Shown one piece after another: positions 24,001 through 37,549 of a stretch of 64,000 nt of DNA. Within the stretch, counting starts at the first letter, position 1; the number at the start of each line of letters is the position of its first letter. Source of the stretch: Anthoceros angustus (lineage: Eukaryota > Plantae > Anthocerotophyta); contig VJWM01000250.1 in NCBI GenBank assembly GCA_010909165.1, positions 1 to 64,000 of the forward strand, in the 5' to 3' direction. The position numbers and the translations under genes are program-made. The notes under the pieces were generated by a model. It had not been told where the DNA came from, did no database searches, and worked only from the letters and a program-made list of their open reading frames with translations.

Positions 24001-27000
24001 ATGTCCTTGCCCTGGTACTGGCAGGCTTTTTGTGATAACTAGTTAGTGATTTGTTTTTGCAGGCCATTGCAAAATTTGCTGACTGCAGCTCAAGTACCTG
24101 TAAGCAGCCCTTTTGGGACACTACCTGCAATGCCCCAAATGTCAATTGCTCGGAGTGCAGGAACGGGTCCCTCTGTGCAGTATGGTATCTCTAGCATACC
24201 TGTAAGTTGCTTGCGCATCAAACACGCTCGTCTTGGTGGGTGGTTCAGTCTGGGAGAACTCTTCCACTGATTTGTTGTACGCGGTGTCCTAGGTCTCTGA
24301 AAAGCCAGTTCAGGTGCGGACAACTTCTCTCTTGACGCCAAGGCACATTACCCAGAGGTCCAAGGTGCGGTTGCATGCTCGGAGGTATCATCCAAAGCAG
24401 GATAGCCCAAAGGTGTGTAGCTTGGCCGTGCCTCTCCATGCATTGCTTAATTTGCCTGTCTCTGTCTAATCTGCTTGTATCTGTCTCTGTCAATTCCAGG
24501 TTTCTTTCTTCAGTGACGGCGAAGACACCCCAACAGTCCCTAAGGCTGATGTCTTGTTTGTTCCTCGAGAGAATCCCAGGGCATTGTTTATCCGGCAGAC
24601 AGACCAGCAGCAACCCACCCCTGTGACGAAGGGTGTACCCGAAACCCGAGAGATTGCTACGCCCGTGCAAAGAAGGAGTAAGTCTGTTTGTTAGTTGTCA
24701 CTGCTTAATTGGAATCGCAGTCTTTCCACTGAAAATTTTTGGATGCCTTTCTTAGGGGTTGAGTTTCAAGAAAGAGAGGCTTCAGATGCCGGGAGTAAGT
24801 GTTGTTCTCTCTTCAAATGCCAATTCTTCAACTCGTGGATTTTCCTTCATAGTGTGTGCGTACAGTCCGTTGACTCATGTTCATTGCTGTGACTATTTAC
24901 AATTGCTGCAGGCCCACCAGCAGCGTGGCCAAGTCCAGAACTGGACGGAAATCTGCAAAGTTCTATTGCCACTCCCAAAGGTGCTGAAAAGAATCAAGCT
25001 CCGAAGTCTGGCTTGAAGCAAAATGGAGTCCGTGATGACCATAACCACAGGGGCAATGGATACATCTCCATAACTGGTCACCGTGCAGGGGAAGCTGCAA
25101 TTGCTTATGAGCATGGTGCAGATATTGAAGCTCTCATGCCGAAGCTTAGGCATTCTGATTATTTCACGGAGCCAAGAATCCAAGAACTGGCTGCCAAAGA
25201 GCGGGCTGAGCAAGGCTATTGTCGCAGAGTGACAAACTTTGTTGTGGGGCGGAAGCTTTACGGGTCAGTGAAATTTTTGGGAGAAACTGATGTGAGACGG
25301 CTTGATCTAGAGGGGATCATCCAATTTAACAGGTGTGAGGTGTTGGTGTACATGGATGAAAGCAAAAAACCACCAATTGGACACGGTTTGAATAAGGCTG
25401 CTGAAGTGACCTTGCTAAACGTGAGGTGTCTGGACAAGAAGACTGGTCAACATTTGGCAGTGGACATTATTTGGGCAGCAATCATCCATCTTCCCACCTT
25501 CATCTGCACCACCGTTTGGAGCAAGTTCTTCTGCGTTCGGGCACCAAGCACTCCCTCATTTGGTGGAAGCCCATTTAACAACGCGACGTCTACCATATTC
25601 TCACAATCAAAACCGGCTGGTCTTGCCTCATCCACTGTAAGTCTAGTTAGGTATTCTTCTGTGGTTTGTGCCTGTTCTGCTATGGAGTTATCGTTTGTAG
25701 TGGACCATGGTATGTTGAGGTACCCCTTTTCTAATGTTGTGCTCTGTACCCCTTGTGGGATTCACTTGGCCTTGTGTTGAGTGTTTCCAACATTAGGTTC
25801 TCTCTCAAAAATTTATAAGCTCATGATACAAATTGCGTTTGTATCCTTCTCTTTTATCCAGCCGGCATCACCTTTTGGGTCTCTAGGAACTCCCGTGCAT
25901 TCAGGTGGAGCTTTCAGTGGCGAAGACACCCCAACAGTCCCTAAGGCTGATGTCTTGTTTGTTCCTCGAGAGAATCCCAGGGCATTGTTTATCCGGCAGA
26001 CAGACCAGCAGCAACCCACCCCTGTGACGAAGGGTGTACCCGAAACCCGAGAGATTGCTACGCCCGTGCAAAGAAGGAGTAAGTCTGTTTGTTAGTTGTC
26101 ACTGCTTAATTGGAATCGCAGTCTTTCCACTGAAAATTTTTGGATGCCTTTCTTAGGGGTTGAGTTTCAAGAAAGAGAGGCTTCAGATCCGGCTTTTGGG
26201 GCTGGTTCCTCGTCTGCCTTTGGCATGGCCAACAATCCTTTGGGGCTAGCACCTCAAGTTTCAGCTCTAGTGCGTTTGCGTCTTCACCGGCCTTTGGGGT
26301 ATCCAACTTTGGCACTAGCAGCAGTCTGACTTTTGGATCAGTCCCCACTTTTGGTGCTCCTGCAACAGCTCCAAGTTTTGGAACATCATCATCAACATTT
26401 CACTGAAGGCCCTGAAGTGGAAAAGTTTGAAAAGAAGCTCAAAAGAAAGACAGAGGAGCAAGGTGCAGAGTTCATGGGTTACAATGCTTTAAAGGGAGAG
26501 TGGACATTCCGAGTGAAACATTTCAGCCGGTATGGTTTGGATGATTCTGATGAGGAGACTCCAGAACAGAAGAAGGCTGGAGTCCAGTTGGGGGCAGAGA
26601 CCATGGAGATAGTAGAAGGCTCATTTGCAGATGTGAGTAATGACATTGTGGAGGAGGGGGTGATGGATGATACTTCGGAAGAGGAGGGAGTTGGTGAACT
26701 AGGGGGACTTGAGGAAATGCAGCCCACAAATTCAGTGTCCACCTTACCACATTCATTACCTTCCCAGCTGAGACTTAATCCCGTCAAGATGCAGCAAATG
26801 AGGACTCTTTTTTTTCCGCTTTCTGAGGAGGTTGACAATGTAGTAAGGTCAAAGAGGCATGCATGGTCCGGTTCTGAAAAGATCAGACTACCCAAATTGA
26901 CCTCAGGTCATGTGCTTTCTAATTCCGGTGATCGCATCAGGAAAGGTGGTTATGAGAGTAAGGAGGGAACAGGCTCACCTTGCAGAGTAGGCCAGTTGCC

Positions 27001-30000
27001 TCTGAAGAGAAGTCCTCAGACTTCTTGGACGCGTTCTCCTGCTTTCTTAGAGCTTGAAGTCGGTATCTCCGGAAAGCTTGCATATGAGGCTACACCAGCT
27101 TCTTTACCTTTGGTTTCTGGTGGCTCTCTGGTCACTCTTCCAAGTACAACTCAAGCCTCTTCCTCAAAGAGACCTAAATACAATGGCTTTCATCTCGGAG
27201 CACAATCAGCTGTGGATGGGAGGCTGAGTCATGTATCAGATGCTGCACTTTCGCTTGGTTGCTCTTTCCGAGTTGGCTGGGGTCCGCATGGTGTTCTGGT
27301 GCACTGTGGCAAGTCTGTGCAACATGGGAACAGTGCTAGAGGCTTATCGTCATGTATATATGTGGAACAGGTTGCACTTGACAGGATTGTCAGAGATGAG
27401 CAGGGCAAAGTGAAGTCTGAACTGGTTCAATCGCAATTTGTTAACCCCCTATCTCTTCATCTGCGGAGGAGCCAGATCATTTCTGGTGTGTCAGAGCATG
27501 ACCACCTGAGGTTTAGAAAGCTTGTTTGCTCAAGAACTGAGCTATCTGAGGTTTGTGCCTGTTCTGCTATGGAGTTATCGTTTGTAGTGGACCATGGTAT
27601 GTTGAGGTACCCTTTTCTAATGTTGTGCTCTGTACCCCTTGTGGGATTCACTTGGCCTTGTGTTGAGTGTTTCCAACATTAGGTTCTCTCTCAAAAATTT
27701 ATAAGCTCATGATACAATTGCGTTTGTATCCTTCTCTTTTATCCAGCCGGCATCACCTTTTGGGTCTCTAGGAACTCCCGTGCATTCAGGTGGAGCTTTC
27801 AGCTTTGCACCAAACTTTGCAGCCTCGCCTCAGCCAGGTATGGAGGCTGCTTGCCATTTGTTTCGTTTCTGGCTTCAGATTGCTCGCTGTAATGGAACTT
27901 TGAAGTGAAGCTCTCACATGCTACTGAAGCTCATGTTTGCTTGTTTGCAGGAAGTTTATTTGGTGCAGCATCACCAGCTACTACATTTGGGGCGAGCAGC
28001 TTTTCACAGCAGTGAGTGTGATATGTCCTTGCCCTGGTACTGGCAGGCTTTTGTGATAACTAGTTAGTGATTTGTTTGCAGGCCATTGCAAAATTTGCTG
28101 ACTGCAGCTCAAGTACCTGTAAGCAGCCCTTTTGGGACACTACCTGCAATGCCCCAAATGTCAATTGCTCGGAGTGCAGGAACGGGTCCCTCTGTGCAGT
28201 ATGGTATCTCTAGCATACCTGTAAGTTGCTTGCGCATCAAACACGCTCGTCTTGGTGGGTGGTTCAGTCTGGGAGAACTCTTCCACTGATTTGTTTATCC
28301 CCAGTCTCTGAAAAGATCAGACTACCCAAATTGACCTCAGGTCATGTGCTTTCTAATTCCGGTGATCGCATCAGGAAAAGGTGGTTATGAGTAAGGAGGA
28401 ACAGGCTCACCTTGCAGAGTAGGCCAGTTGCCTCTGAAGAGAAGTCCTCAGACTTCTTGGACGCGTTCTCCTGCTTTCTTAGAGCTTGAAGTCGGTATCT
28501 CCGAGCTTGCATATGAGGCTACACCAGCTTCTTTACCTTTGGTTTCTGGTGGCTCTCTGGTCACTCTTCCAAGTACAACTCAAGCCTCTTCCTCAAAAGA
28601 GACCTAAATACAATGGCTTTCATCTCGGAGCACAATCAGCTGTGGATGGGAGGCTGAGTCATGTATCAGATGCTGCACTTTCGCTTGGTTGCTCTTTCCG
28701 AGTTGGCTGGGGTCCGTATGGTGTTCTGGTGCACTGTGGCAAGTCTGTGCAACATGGGAACAGTGCTAGAGGCTTATCGTCATGTATATATGTGGAACAG
28801 GTTGCACTTGACAGGATTGTCAGAGATGAGCAGGGCAAAGTGAAGTCTGAACTGGTTCAATCGCAATTTGTTAACCCCTATCTCTTCATCTGGAGGAGCC
28901 AGATCATTTCTGGTGTGTCAGAGCATGACCACCTGAGGTTTAGAAAGCTTGTTTGCTCAAGAACTGAGCTATCTGAGGTTTGTGCAGAATATGAAACTTC
29001 TGCTGAGGAGCAGTTGAGCGCAGGCTGGCTCTCATCTGATACTGTTTCACCCTCCAGCGTAATATTTCAGTGTGGCAGCTTATAGCAGTTCTGTTCTCTG
29101 GAAGATCTGAACTACCAGAATTTGATGCCACCAAGGAAAAGCCTGGAGATTTGGTGAGCACTTCTCTGGCTAAGAGTAACATCAGGGGTTCAGATGCCGG
29201 GAGTAAGTGTTGTTCTCTTCAAATGCCAATTCTTCAACTCGTGGATTTTCCTTCATAGTGTGTGCGTACAGTCCGTTGACTCATGTTCATTGCTGTGACT
29301 ATTTACAATTGCTGCAGGCCCACCAGCAGCGTGGCCAAGTCCAGAACTGGACGGAAATCTGCAAAGTTCTATTGCCACTCCCAAAGGTGCTGAAAAGATC
29401 AGACTACCCAAATTGACCTCAGGTCATGTGCTTTCTAATTCCGGTGATCGCATCAGGAAAAGGTGGTTATGAGTAAGGAGGAACAGGCTCACCTTGCAGA
29501 GTAGGCCAGTTGCCTCTGAAGAGAAGTCCTCAGACTTCTTGGACGCGTTCTCCTGCTTTCTTAGAGCTTGAAGTCGGTATCTCCGAAAGCTTGCATATGA
29601 GGCTACACCAGCTTCTTTACCTTTGGTTTCTGGTGGCTCTCTGGTCACTCTTCCAAGTACAACTCAAGCCTCTTCCTCAAAAGAGACCTAAATACAATGG
29701 CTTTCATCTCGGAGCACAATCAGCTGTGGATGGGAGGCTGAGTCATGTATCAGATGCTGCACTTTCGCTTGGTTGCTCTTTCCGAGTTGGCTGGGGTCCG
29801 TATGGTGTTCTGGTGCACTGTGGCAAGTCTGTGCAACATGGGAACAGTGCTAGAGGCTTATCGTCATGTATATATGTGGAACAGGTTGCACTTGACAGGA
29901 TTGTCAGAGATGAGCAGGGCAAAGTGAAGTCTGAACTGGTTCAATCGCAATTTGTTAACCCCTATCTCTTCATCTGCGGAGGAGCCAGATCATTTCTGGT

Positions 30001-33000
30001 GTGTCAGAGCATGACCACCTGAGGTTTAGAAAGCTTGTTTGCTCAAGAACTGGCTGCCAAAGAGCGGGCTGAGCAAGGCTATTGTCGCAGAGTGACAAAC
30101 TTTGTTGTGGGGCGGAAGCTTTACGGGTCAGTGAAATTTTTGGGAGAAACTGATGTGAGACGGCTTGATCTAGAGGGGATCATCCAATTTAACAGGTGTG
30201 AGGTGTTGGTGTACATGGATGAAAGCAAAACCACCAATTGACACGGTTTGAATAAGGCTGCTGAAGTGACCTTCAACAAGTATCTGCAGCTTGTAAGGCA
30301 TGATGATGCTCCTGCTCCAGTTCCGATGTACAGAGAAGAATCAGGGATGAGAGGAAAAGGAGGATTTCAGTTACTATGACAACGCCTTCTACCTCATGCT
30401 GCTGCATGCAAACTTGGCTGATGATCTGAATATTTCTAGAATGTTGTCATCTGGAAGTTCTACTTCTGACTGGTTAGATCACACTCTAGTTTGGCACGAG
30501 CAAGGTGTTCTGGAAGCTGTGGGTGTGCTAGGATGCCGTGGGGTGCATGCACTGCACATGAGTTTTGCATCACAGCTGCTTGCAGTGGGATTGTGCCATT
30601 GGGCTCTTTATGTTATATTACATTTATCACCTACAGGTGGAGAAGATCAACTACAAGAGAAGGCTGTTAGGAGATTCTCGTGCAGTATTGTGAAACATTT
30701 CAGCCGGTATGGTTTGGATGATTCTGATGAGGAGACTCCAGAACAGAAGAAGGCTGTTAGGAGATTCTCGTGCAGTATTGTGAAACATGGAGTAACTCAG
30801 AGATCCAGCAGGTGTTCCTGAGGGATGAACTCAAAATTCTCTAAGTGGCTGCACGAGGCCCAGGTTAGTTTTCTCCTCTCCTTCTTGAATGACTCTGAGC
30901 CGTATGGATCCCTTCAATCATCGTGTGCCTTTTGCAGGCCATCTATTGGCGATATATGGTGACTGCTCTAAGGCTCTGAAGCATCTTGTTAAAAGCTTCC
31001 AGTGGCATAGTGCACATACACTCTTTATGAGTTCTGTCTCCGCTGATTGGTTTGTGAATGGTACCTTGCTTTTCATACTTAAATCTATCTGCTTGTGATA
31101 TTTATGTGACTTTTTCTGCTGGGTTTGAGCTGCATATACTGTGTGCCTTTGAGTAGGATCTGTACTTTGCAGGAAATCATAAAGATGTCTGGAAATATGC
31201 AACAAAGTTGGAATCCCACAAGGCCGAGATTGAAAACTGGAATTTGGGTGCGGGCATCTACATTGACTTCTATTCTCTTAAGGACAGTCTCGAGCATCAT
31301 CGGGACCCATTCCATGAAAGGGTAAGCCATGGTAGTTGTCAGGATTGCAGGCTCTTATCTTTTCAGCCTGCTAGATTTCGACATAGATATCTGTTATTGT
31401 CCTTATGCTGTAGTCACTGTGTAATTATGTGATTTGCAGATGTGAGTAATGACATTGTGGAGGAGGGGTGATGGATGATACTTCGGAAGAGGAGGGAGTT
31501 GGTGAACTAGGGGGACTTGAGGAAATGCAGCCCACAAATTCAGTGTCCACCTTACCACATTCATTACCTTCCCAGCTGAGACTTAATCCGTCAAGATGCA
31601 GCAAATGAGGACTCTTTTTTTCCGCTTTCTGAGGAGGTTGACAATGTAGTAAGGTCAAAGAGGCATGCATGGTCCGGTTCTGAAAAGATCAGACTACCCA
31701 AATTGACCTCAGGTCATGTGCTTTCTAATTCGGTGATCGCATCAGGAAAAGGTGGTTATGAGAGTAAGGAGGAACAGGCTCACCTTGCAGAGTAGGCCAG
31801 TTGCCTCTGAAGAGAAGTCCTCAGACTTCTTGGACGCGTTCTCCTGCTTTCTTAGAGCTTGAAGTCGGTATCTCCGAAAGCTTGCATATGAGGCTACACC
31901 AGCTTCTTTACCTTTGGTTTCTGGTGGCTCTCTGGTCACTCTTCCAAGTACAACTCAAGCCTCTTCCTCAAAGAGACCTAAATACAATGGCTTTCAGTCT
32001 GTTGACAAGTGCAATGTCTTGCAAGACATCTTTGCACTCCTTGCAACACGGCAGCTTGATGATGCAGTGGAGAGAGCTATTGACAACGGGATGTACGATT
32101 GGCTGTGGTGTTGAGTCAATCTGGTGGATCAATGCTTAACCGAGAAGATATGTTCACTCAGCTTGATGTGTGGACTCGAGAGGGCCTGGATCCGCCTTTC
32201 ATAGTAGAGAACCGAATTTGCATATACAAGCTACTCGCTGGGGACTTGAAAGGTGCCTTAGGGACCAGGGAGATCAATTGGAAGAGGTTCCTTGGACTGC
32301 TGATGTGGTACCAGCTTGCTCCAGATACTCCTCCCAGTGACCTTCAACAAGTATCTGCAGCTTGTAAGGCATGATGATGCTCCTGCTCCAGTTCCGATGT
32401 ACAGAGAAGAATCAGGGATGAGAGGAAAAGGAGGATTTCAGTTACTATGACAACGCCTTCTACCTCATGCTGCTGCATGCAAACTTGGCTGATGATCTGA
32501 ATATTTCTAGAATGTTGTCATCTGGAAGTTCTACTTCTGACTGGTTAGATCACACTCTAGTTTGGCACGAGCAAGGTGTTCTGGTGCACTGTGGCAAGTC
32601 TGTGCAACATGGGAACAGTGCTAGAGGCTTATCGTCATGTATATATGTGGAACAGGTTGCACTTGACAGGATTGTCAGAGATGAGCAGGGCAAAGTGAAG
32701 TCTGAACTGGTTCAATCGCAATTTGTTAACCCCCTATCTCTTCATCTGCGGAGGAGCCAGATCATTTCTGGTGTGTCAGAGCATGACCACCTGAGGTTTA
32801 GAAAGCTTGTTTGCTCAAGAACTGAGCTATCTGAGGTTTGTGCAGAATATGAAACTTCTGCTGAGGAGCAGTTGAGCGCAGGCTGGCTCTCATCTGATAC
32901 TCGTTTCACCCTCCAGCGTAATATTTCAGTGTGGCAGCTTATAGCAGTTCTGTTCTCTGGAAGATCTGAACTACCAGAATTTGATGCCACCAAGGAAAAG

Positions 33001-34942
33001 CCTGGAGATTTGGTGAGCACTTCTCTGGCTAAGAGTAACATCAGGGGTTCAGATGCAGAGGTTCTTGTCCGGCGAGCCATGTTCAGCAGCTGGTTACAGG
33101 ACTGTGTTGGTCAGCCTTTGAGCGATGGCTTTCAGTCTGTTGACAAGTGCAATGTCTTGCAAGACATCTTTGCACTCCTTGCAACACGGCAGCTTGATGA
33201 TGCAGTGGAGAGAGCTATTGACAACGGGGATGTACGATTGGCTGTGGTGTTGAGTCAATCTGGTGGATCAATGCTTAACCGAGAAGATATGTTCACTCAG
33301 CTTGATGTGTGGACTCGAGAGGGCCTGGATCCGCCTTTCATAGTAGAGAACCGAATTTGCATATACAAGCTACTCGCTGGGGACTTGAAAGGTGCCTTAG
33401 GGACCAGGGAGATCAATTGGAAGAGGTTCCTTGGACTGCTGATGTGGTACCAGCTTGCTCCAGATACTCCCCTCCCAGTGACCTTCAACAAGTATCTGCA
33501 GCTTGTAAGGCATGATGATGCTCCTGCTCCAGTTCCGATGTACAGAGAAGAATCAGGGATGAGAGGAAAAGGGGAGGATTTCAGTTACTATGACAACGCC
33601 TTCTACCTCATGCTGCTGCATGCAAACTTGGCTGATGATCTGAATATTTCTAGAATGTTGTCATCTGGAAGTTCTACTTCTGACTGGTTAGATCACACTC
33701 TAGTTTGGCACGAGCAAGGTGTTCTGGAAGCTGTGGGTGTGCTAGGATGCCGTGGGGTGCATGCACTGCACATGAGTTTTGCATCACAGCTGCTTGCAGT
33801 GGGATTGTGCCATTGGGCTCTTTATGTTATATTACATTTATCACCTACAGGTGGAGAAGATCAACTACAAGAGAAGGCTGTTAGGGAGATTCTCGTGCAG
33901 TATTGTGAAACATGGAGTAACTCAGAGATCCAGCAGGTGTTCCTGAGGGATGAACTCAAAATTCCCTCTAAGTGGCTGCACGAGGCCCAGGTTAGTTTTT
34001 CTCCTCTCCCTTCTTGAATGACTCTGGAGCCGTATGGATCCCCTTCAATCATCGTGTGCCTTTTTGCAGGCCATCTATTGGCGATATGCTGGTGACTGCT
34101 CTAAGGCTCTGAAGCATCTTGTTAAAAGCTTCCAGTGGCATAGTGCACATACACTCTTTATGAGTTCTGTCTCCGCTGATTGGTTTGTGAATGGTACCTT
34201 GCTTTTCATACTTAAATCTATCTGCTTGTGATATTTATGTGACTTTTTCTGCTGGGTTTGAGCTGCATATACTGTGTGCCTTTGAGTAGGATCTGTACTT
34301 TGCAGGAAATCATAAAGATGTCTGGAAATATGCAACAAAGTTGGAATCCCACAAGGCCGAGATTGAAAACTGGAATTTGGGTGCGGGCATCTACATTGAC
34401 TTCTATTCTCTTAAGGACAGTCTCGAGCATCATCGGGACCCATTCCATGAAAGGGTAAGCCATGGTAGTTGTCAGGATTGCAGGCTCTTATCTTTTCAGC
34501 CTGCTAGATTTCGACATAGATATCTGTTATTGTCCTTATGCTGTAGTCACTGTGTAATTATGTGATTTGCAGAAGCCATTGCAAGGGATGTCAGGGCCAA
34601 TCAAGGACTTGTTCAGCCGTTTAAGGGAATCTCAAGACTTTTGGTCTCTGGGAGCAAGATCGCAGCTCTTAAGGTATTGTCCCTCCCACCACCTTGGCCT
34701 ACTCGAAAACGGTTTATCTCACTGTGTTTTACCTCTCACTCATCTTGGTTTGTAACAGAGTGGCTTATTCGAAAATGGCAGAAGATGTCGCCAGGTTACT
34801 GCTTCAGGAGGCAGTAACCTCAGCAAATGAATTGAGTCTTCACGAGGCTGTCCTTGATGCACCACTGTTGGAAGACATGCACCGGCTTCAGGGTGCAGCG
34901 ACTGCTTTTACGTCTTGGCTTTGTGACACTTTGACTGTGTAA
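21098..34942 (+). CDS. NUP98-NUP96: Nucleoporin Nup98-Nup96 precursor gene; interior interrupted by scrambled self-duplicates (25456-26400, 27559-32830)
   Basis: Micro-exon MFGSSS(P) 21098-21116; FG-repeat exons 21504-24200; GLEBS motif [29 protein letters not shown] (~22635-22720); [20 protein letters not shown]...[12 protein letters not shown]...(26401)[10 protein letters not shown]...[15 protein letters not shown]; Nup96 blocks [95 protein letters not shown]; stop at 34940-34942. Native path inferred as 21098-25455 + 26401-27558 + ~32845-34942. Confidence 0.88.
25456..26400 (+). repeat. Shuffled direct copies of 23311-23779, ~24512-24786 and ~23098-23310
   Basis: Near-identical sequence including introns, differing mainly by 1-bp losses in homopolymers; entered and exited through the 9-mer TCAACATTT. 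Confidence 0.9.
27559..32830 (+). repeat. Chain of ~10 shuffled direct copies of other parts of the same Nup98-96 gene
   Basis: Segments match 23528-24276, 26875-27558, 32830-33056, 24781-24992, 25181-25412, 33478-33910, 26515-26580, 33872-34572, 26625-27190, 33126-33725 and 27291-27558, joined by 9-10 bp identities. Confidence 0.9.
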
Positions 34943-35326
34943 CTTCAGGGCCACCCTGAGGTCCTCTTCTAATATTTTTCTGATGTGCCTACGATCCAAA
35001 CGACAGCATGTCTATTGCTCCTAGCTGCTGGCAGCAGGATGTTTTGGAGATGGTGTTTATGACTGGCTGGTTGTGAGCTGCCTTGGCGTTCGTAATGGGT
35101 CTGGGTGTCCCAGCTGTACCCCACCTTGACGTCATGTTAAATGTTCCCGCCTGTCTATATACAGTGTGCCTGGAGTTGAAGGTTGGGCAGTGATGAGGCA
35201 TGTGGTCGTAATGGAGCTTGGGTGTCCCACCTCTTTCCCCATGCATATTGCAACCCTGGACGTTGTGTCACAGTCCAAGTCTGGCAAAGGTGTGGAATAT
35301 CAGTAGTTTTACCTGGATTTATATAT

Positions 35327-36430
35327 TGGATCTTGAGCCGAGTACTACTTAAATATTGTTGGCAATTATCTAAAGGGCTATGCTTTGTCTGGTGGAAGAA
35401 TTATGGTGCTAATGTTGCCTAGGGTAACCAAGCACATACCATCACAGACTGGGCATCTTTGAAAGAAGCCCTCAAGAAGCAGTTCCAACCTGTGAATGCT
35501 TCATATCTGAGTAGACAGCAGCTTGACAATATCAAGCGACAGGTACTGTACGAAATTATGTAAGTACCTATAGTGAAGCTGTCATGCATTGCATTACCAT
35601 GAGTGAGGATGATAAGCTGCATCGCTTCATGTCTGGTTTGAAAGACTGGGCTGCTAACAAAATTGAGTTGCATAGTCCAACCGCATTGGCGAGGCCATTA
35701 CGATGTATGCCATTCCGGATACTTTTCATTCTAGTACATCCAACTCCTCCAAAAGACTTCGAGGCAATACCCGTGGTCAATATGCCCATACTAGACAAAG
35801 TTCTAGTAATGCCGGAAGAGGAGCTGCCAAGAACTCTGAAATGGAATTGCAAAGGAAATTTTTGCGGAAATCGAGGAGCATGCAAAGGCAGCTCGGAAAA
35901 GATCACAATGGGTTCTTAAAAAGGAGTTTGCTACTCATGTGGAGAGCCAGGACATTATGCAAATGAATTCCTGAATGCCGAATAGACTCTCAATGTAGCA
36001 AAAGGAGATCTAGAAGACTCAGGATCACAGAAGTGGCCAAATTTGAGGATCCCAAGTGACGGGATTGGCCACATGTTGTGAAGGCTATATGTGGTGAGTC
36101 TTAGGTCGAGGACAGCACTATTCGAAGGGCGGGTGGAGAGCTCATGTACATACATGGATGTTTGAATGGAGCAGAAGTGAGGATGTTGCTTGACTTGGCA
36201 GCACACAATTTCATTTGTCCTAGCAAGGCAAGCAAGCTTGGTTTGATATGGGCTAGTACATCCGAGCCATGTAGAGTGAAACAAGCATTGTGAAACAAGC
36301 TAAAGAAATCTTGCAATACATAGGTGAATTACAAGAAGTGCATTTGCGATAATGAACTGGAAAGGAGCATGTAGACATGGATGATCATGAAATCATCTTG
36401 GGCTTAGAATGGATGAAGGCCAACTCACAA
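35327..36430 (+). mobile_element. Ty3/Gypsy gag-protease fragment (noisy copy of 39513-40630)
   Basis: YALVWWKNY...TDWASLKEALKKQF, SEDDKLHRFMSGLK, protease LLDLAATHNFI; frameshifted. Confidence 0.75.
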
Positions 36431-36889
36431 ATTATAGGGTTATGCAGATCAATTTATCATAATTAACTGAATAATTACATTGTTTCTATACATGTTCAAG
36501 AAAAGAACTTAAACATTCATGCAGCTATATTTTATACTTCTTGAAAAGGCCTTAATTTAATTTAGTTTATAATTTCTTTCCATAAAATTTTCATTCCCAT
36601 AACGATTACCCTTCTTCTCCTCTCTTGGTTCAATCACGTTCTTCTCACTTATGTAGTAACCCCTAAACACACCAACAGTATTGAAATAAGGTACAAAGAT
36701 GAGATAAAAAGTTAAGTTAATAGCTGCCTTATTAAGAAGATGCATGTGTTGTATGCTTCAAGCAATTCCTATTAGAGAGTAATTGCTACACCCACAAATG
36801 AAGAGTTGCCTAGAGAGGATTTTTAATGATCCCTGGAAGAATCCCTAGATTTAAAAGTTGCCTAGTTGAGGTCAAGCTGCGGGATATAT

Positions 36890-37245
36890 GAAGGCTATAT
36901 GTGGTGAGTCTTAGGTCGAGGACAGCACTATTCAAGGGCGGGTGGAGAGCTCATGTACATACATGGATGTTTGAATGGAGCAGCAGTGAGGATGTTGCTT
37001 GACTTGGCAGCAACACAATTTCATTTGTCCTAGCAAGGCAAGCAAGCTTGGTTTGATATGGGCTAGTACATCTGAGCCATGTAGAGTGAAACAAGCATTG
37101 TGAAACAAGCTAAAGAAATGCTGCAATACATAGGTGAATTACAAGAAGTGCATTTGCAGATAATGAACTGGAAAGGAGCAGTTGTAGACATGGATGATCA
37201 TGAAATCATCTTGGGCTTAGAATGGATGAAGGCCAACTCACAAAT
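36890..37245 (+). mobile_element. Third copy of the Gypsy protease segment
   Basis: Matches 40270-40630 (LLDLAATHNFIC, DMDDHEIILGLEWMKAN). Confidence 0.7.
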
Positions 37246-37279
37246 TATAGGGTTATGCAGATCAATTTATCATAATTAA

Positions 37280-37549
37280 CTGAATAATTACATTGTTTCT
37301 ATACATGTTCAAGAAAAGAACTTAAACATTCATGCAGCTATATTTTATACTTCTTGAAAAGGCCTTAATTTAAACTATGACCAAAAGTCATGTCTATTCA
37401 TATGAGGTCATAACCCTAACGAAAGGGTATGCCTTTTAATAGTATTTCTATTTCGGCTATATATGCCTATGTAACTAAACGTAACCCTAAACTGTAATGG
37501 TCAACATTCATATACACAGTTTCTGTTACAGTTCGTCACTCCCTCTTGT
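37280..37549 (-). mobile_element. PPT and LTR on the minus strand (second copy ~41165-41420)
   Basis: Reverse complement CAACAAGAGGGAG|TG...; AT-rich LTR; diverged relative at 14933-15175. Confidence 0.6.

Noticed and set aside
25456-32830. Tandem Nup98/Nup96 paralogue cluster or exon-shuffled new nucleoporins
   Set aside because: Pieces are near-identical to the single gene, break mid-exon and mid-intron at 9-10 bp identities, and differ only by homopolymer slips. Chimeric ORFs such as 25013-25780 and 32467-34017 are junction products.
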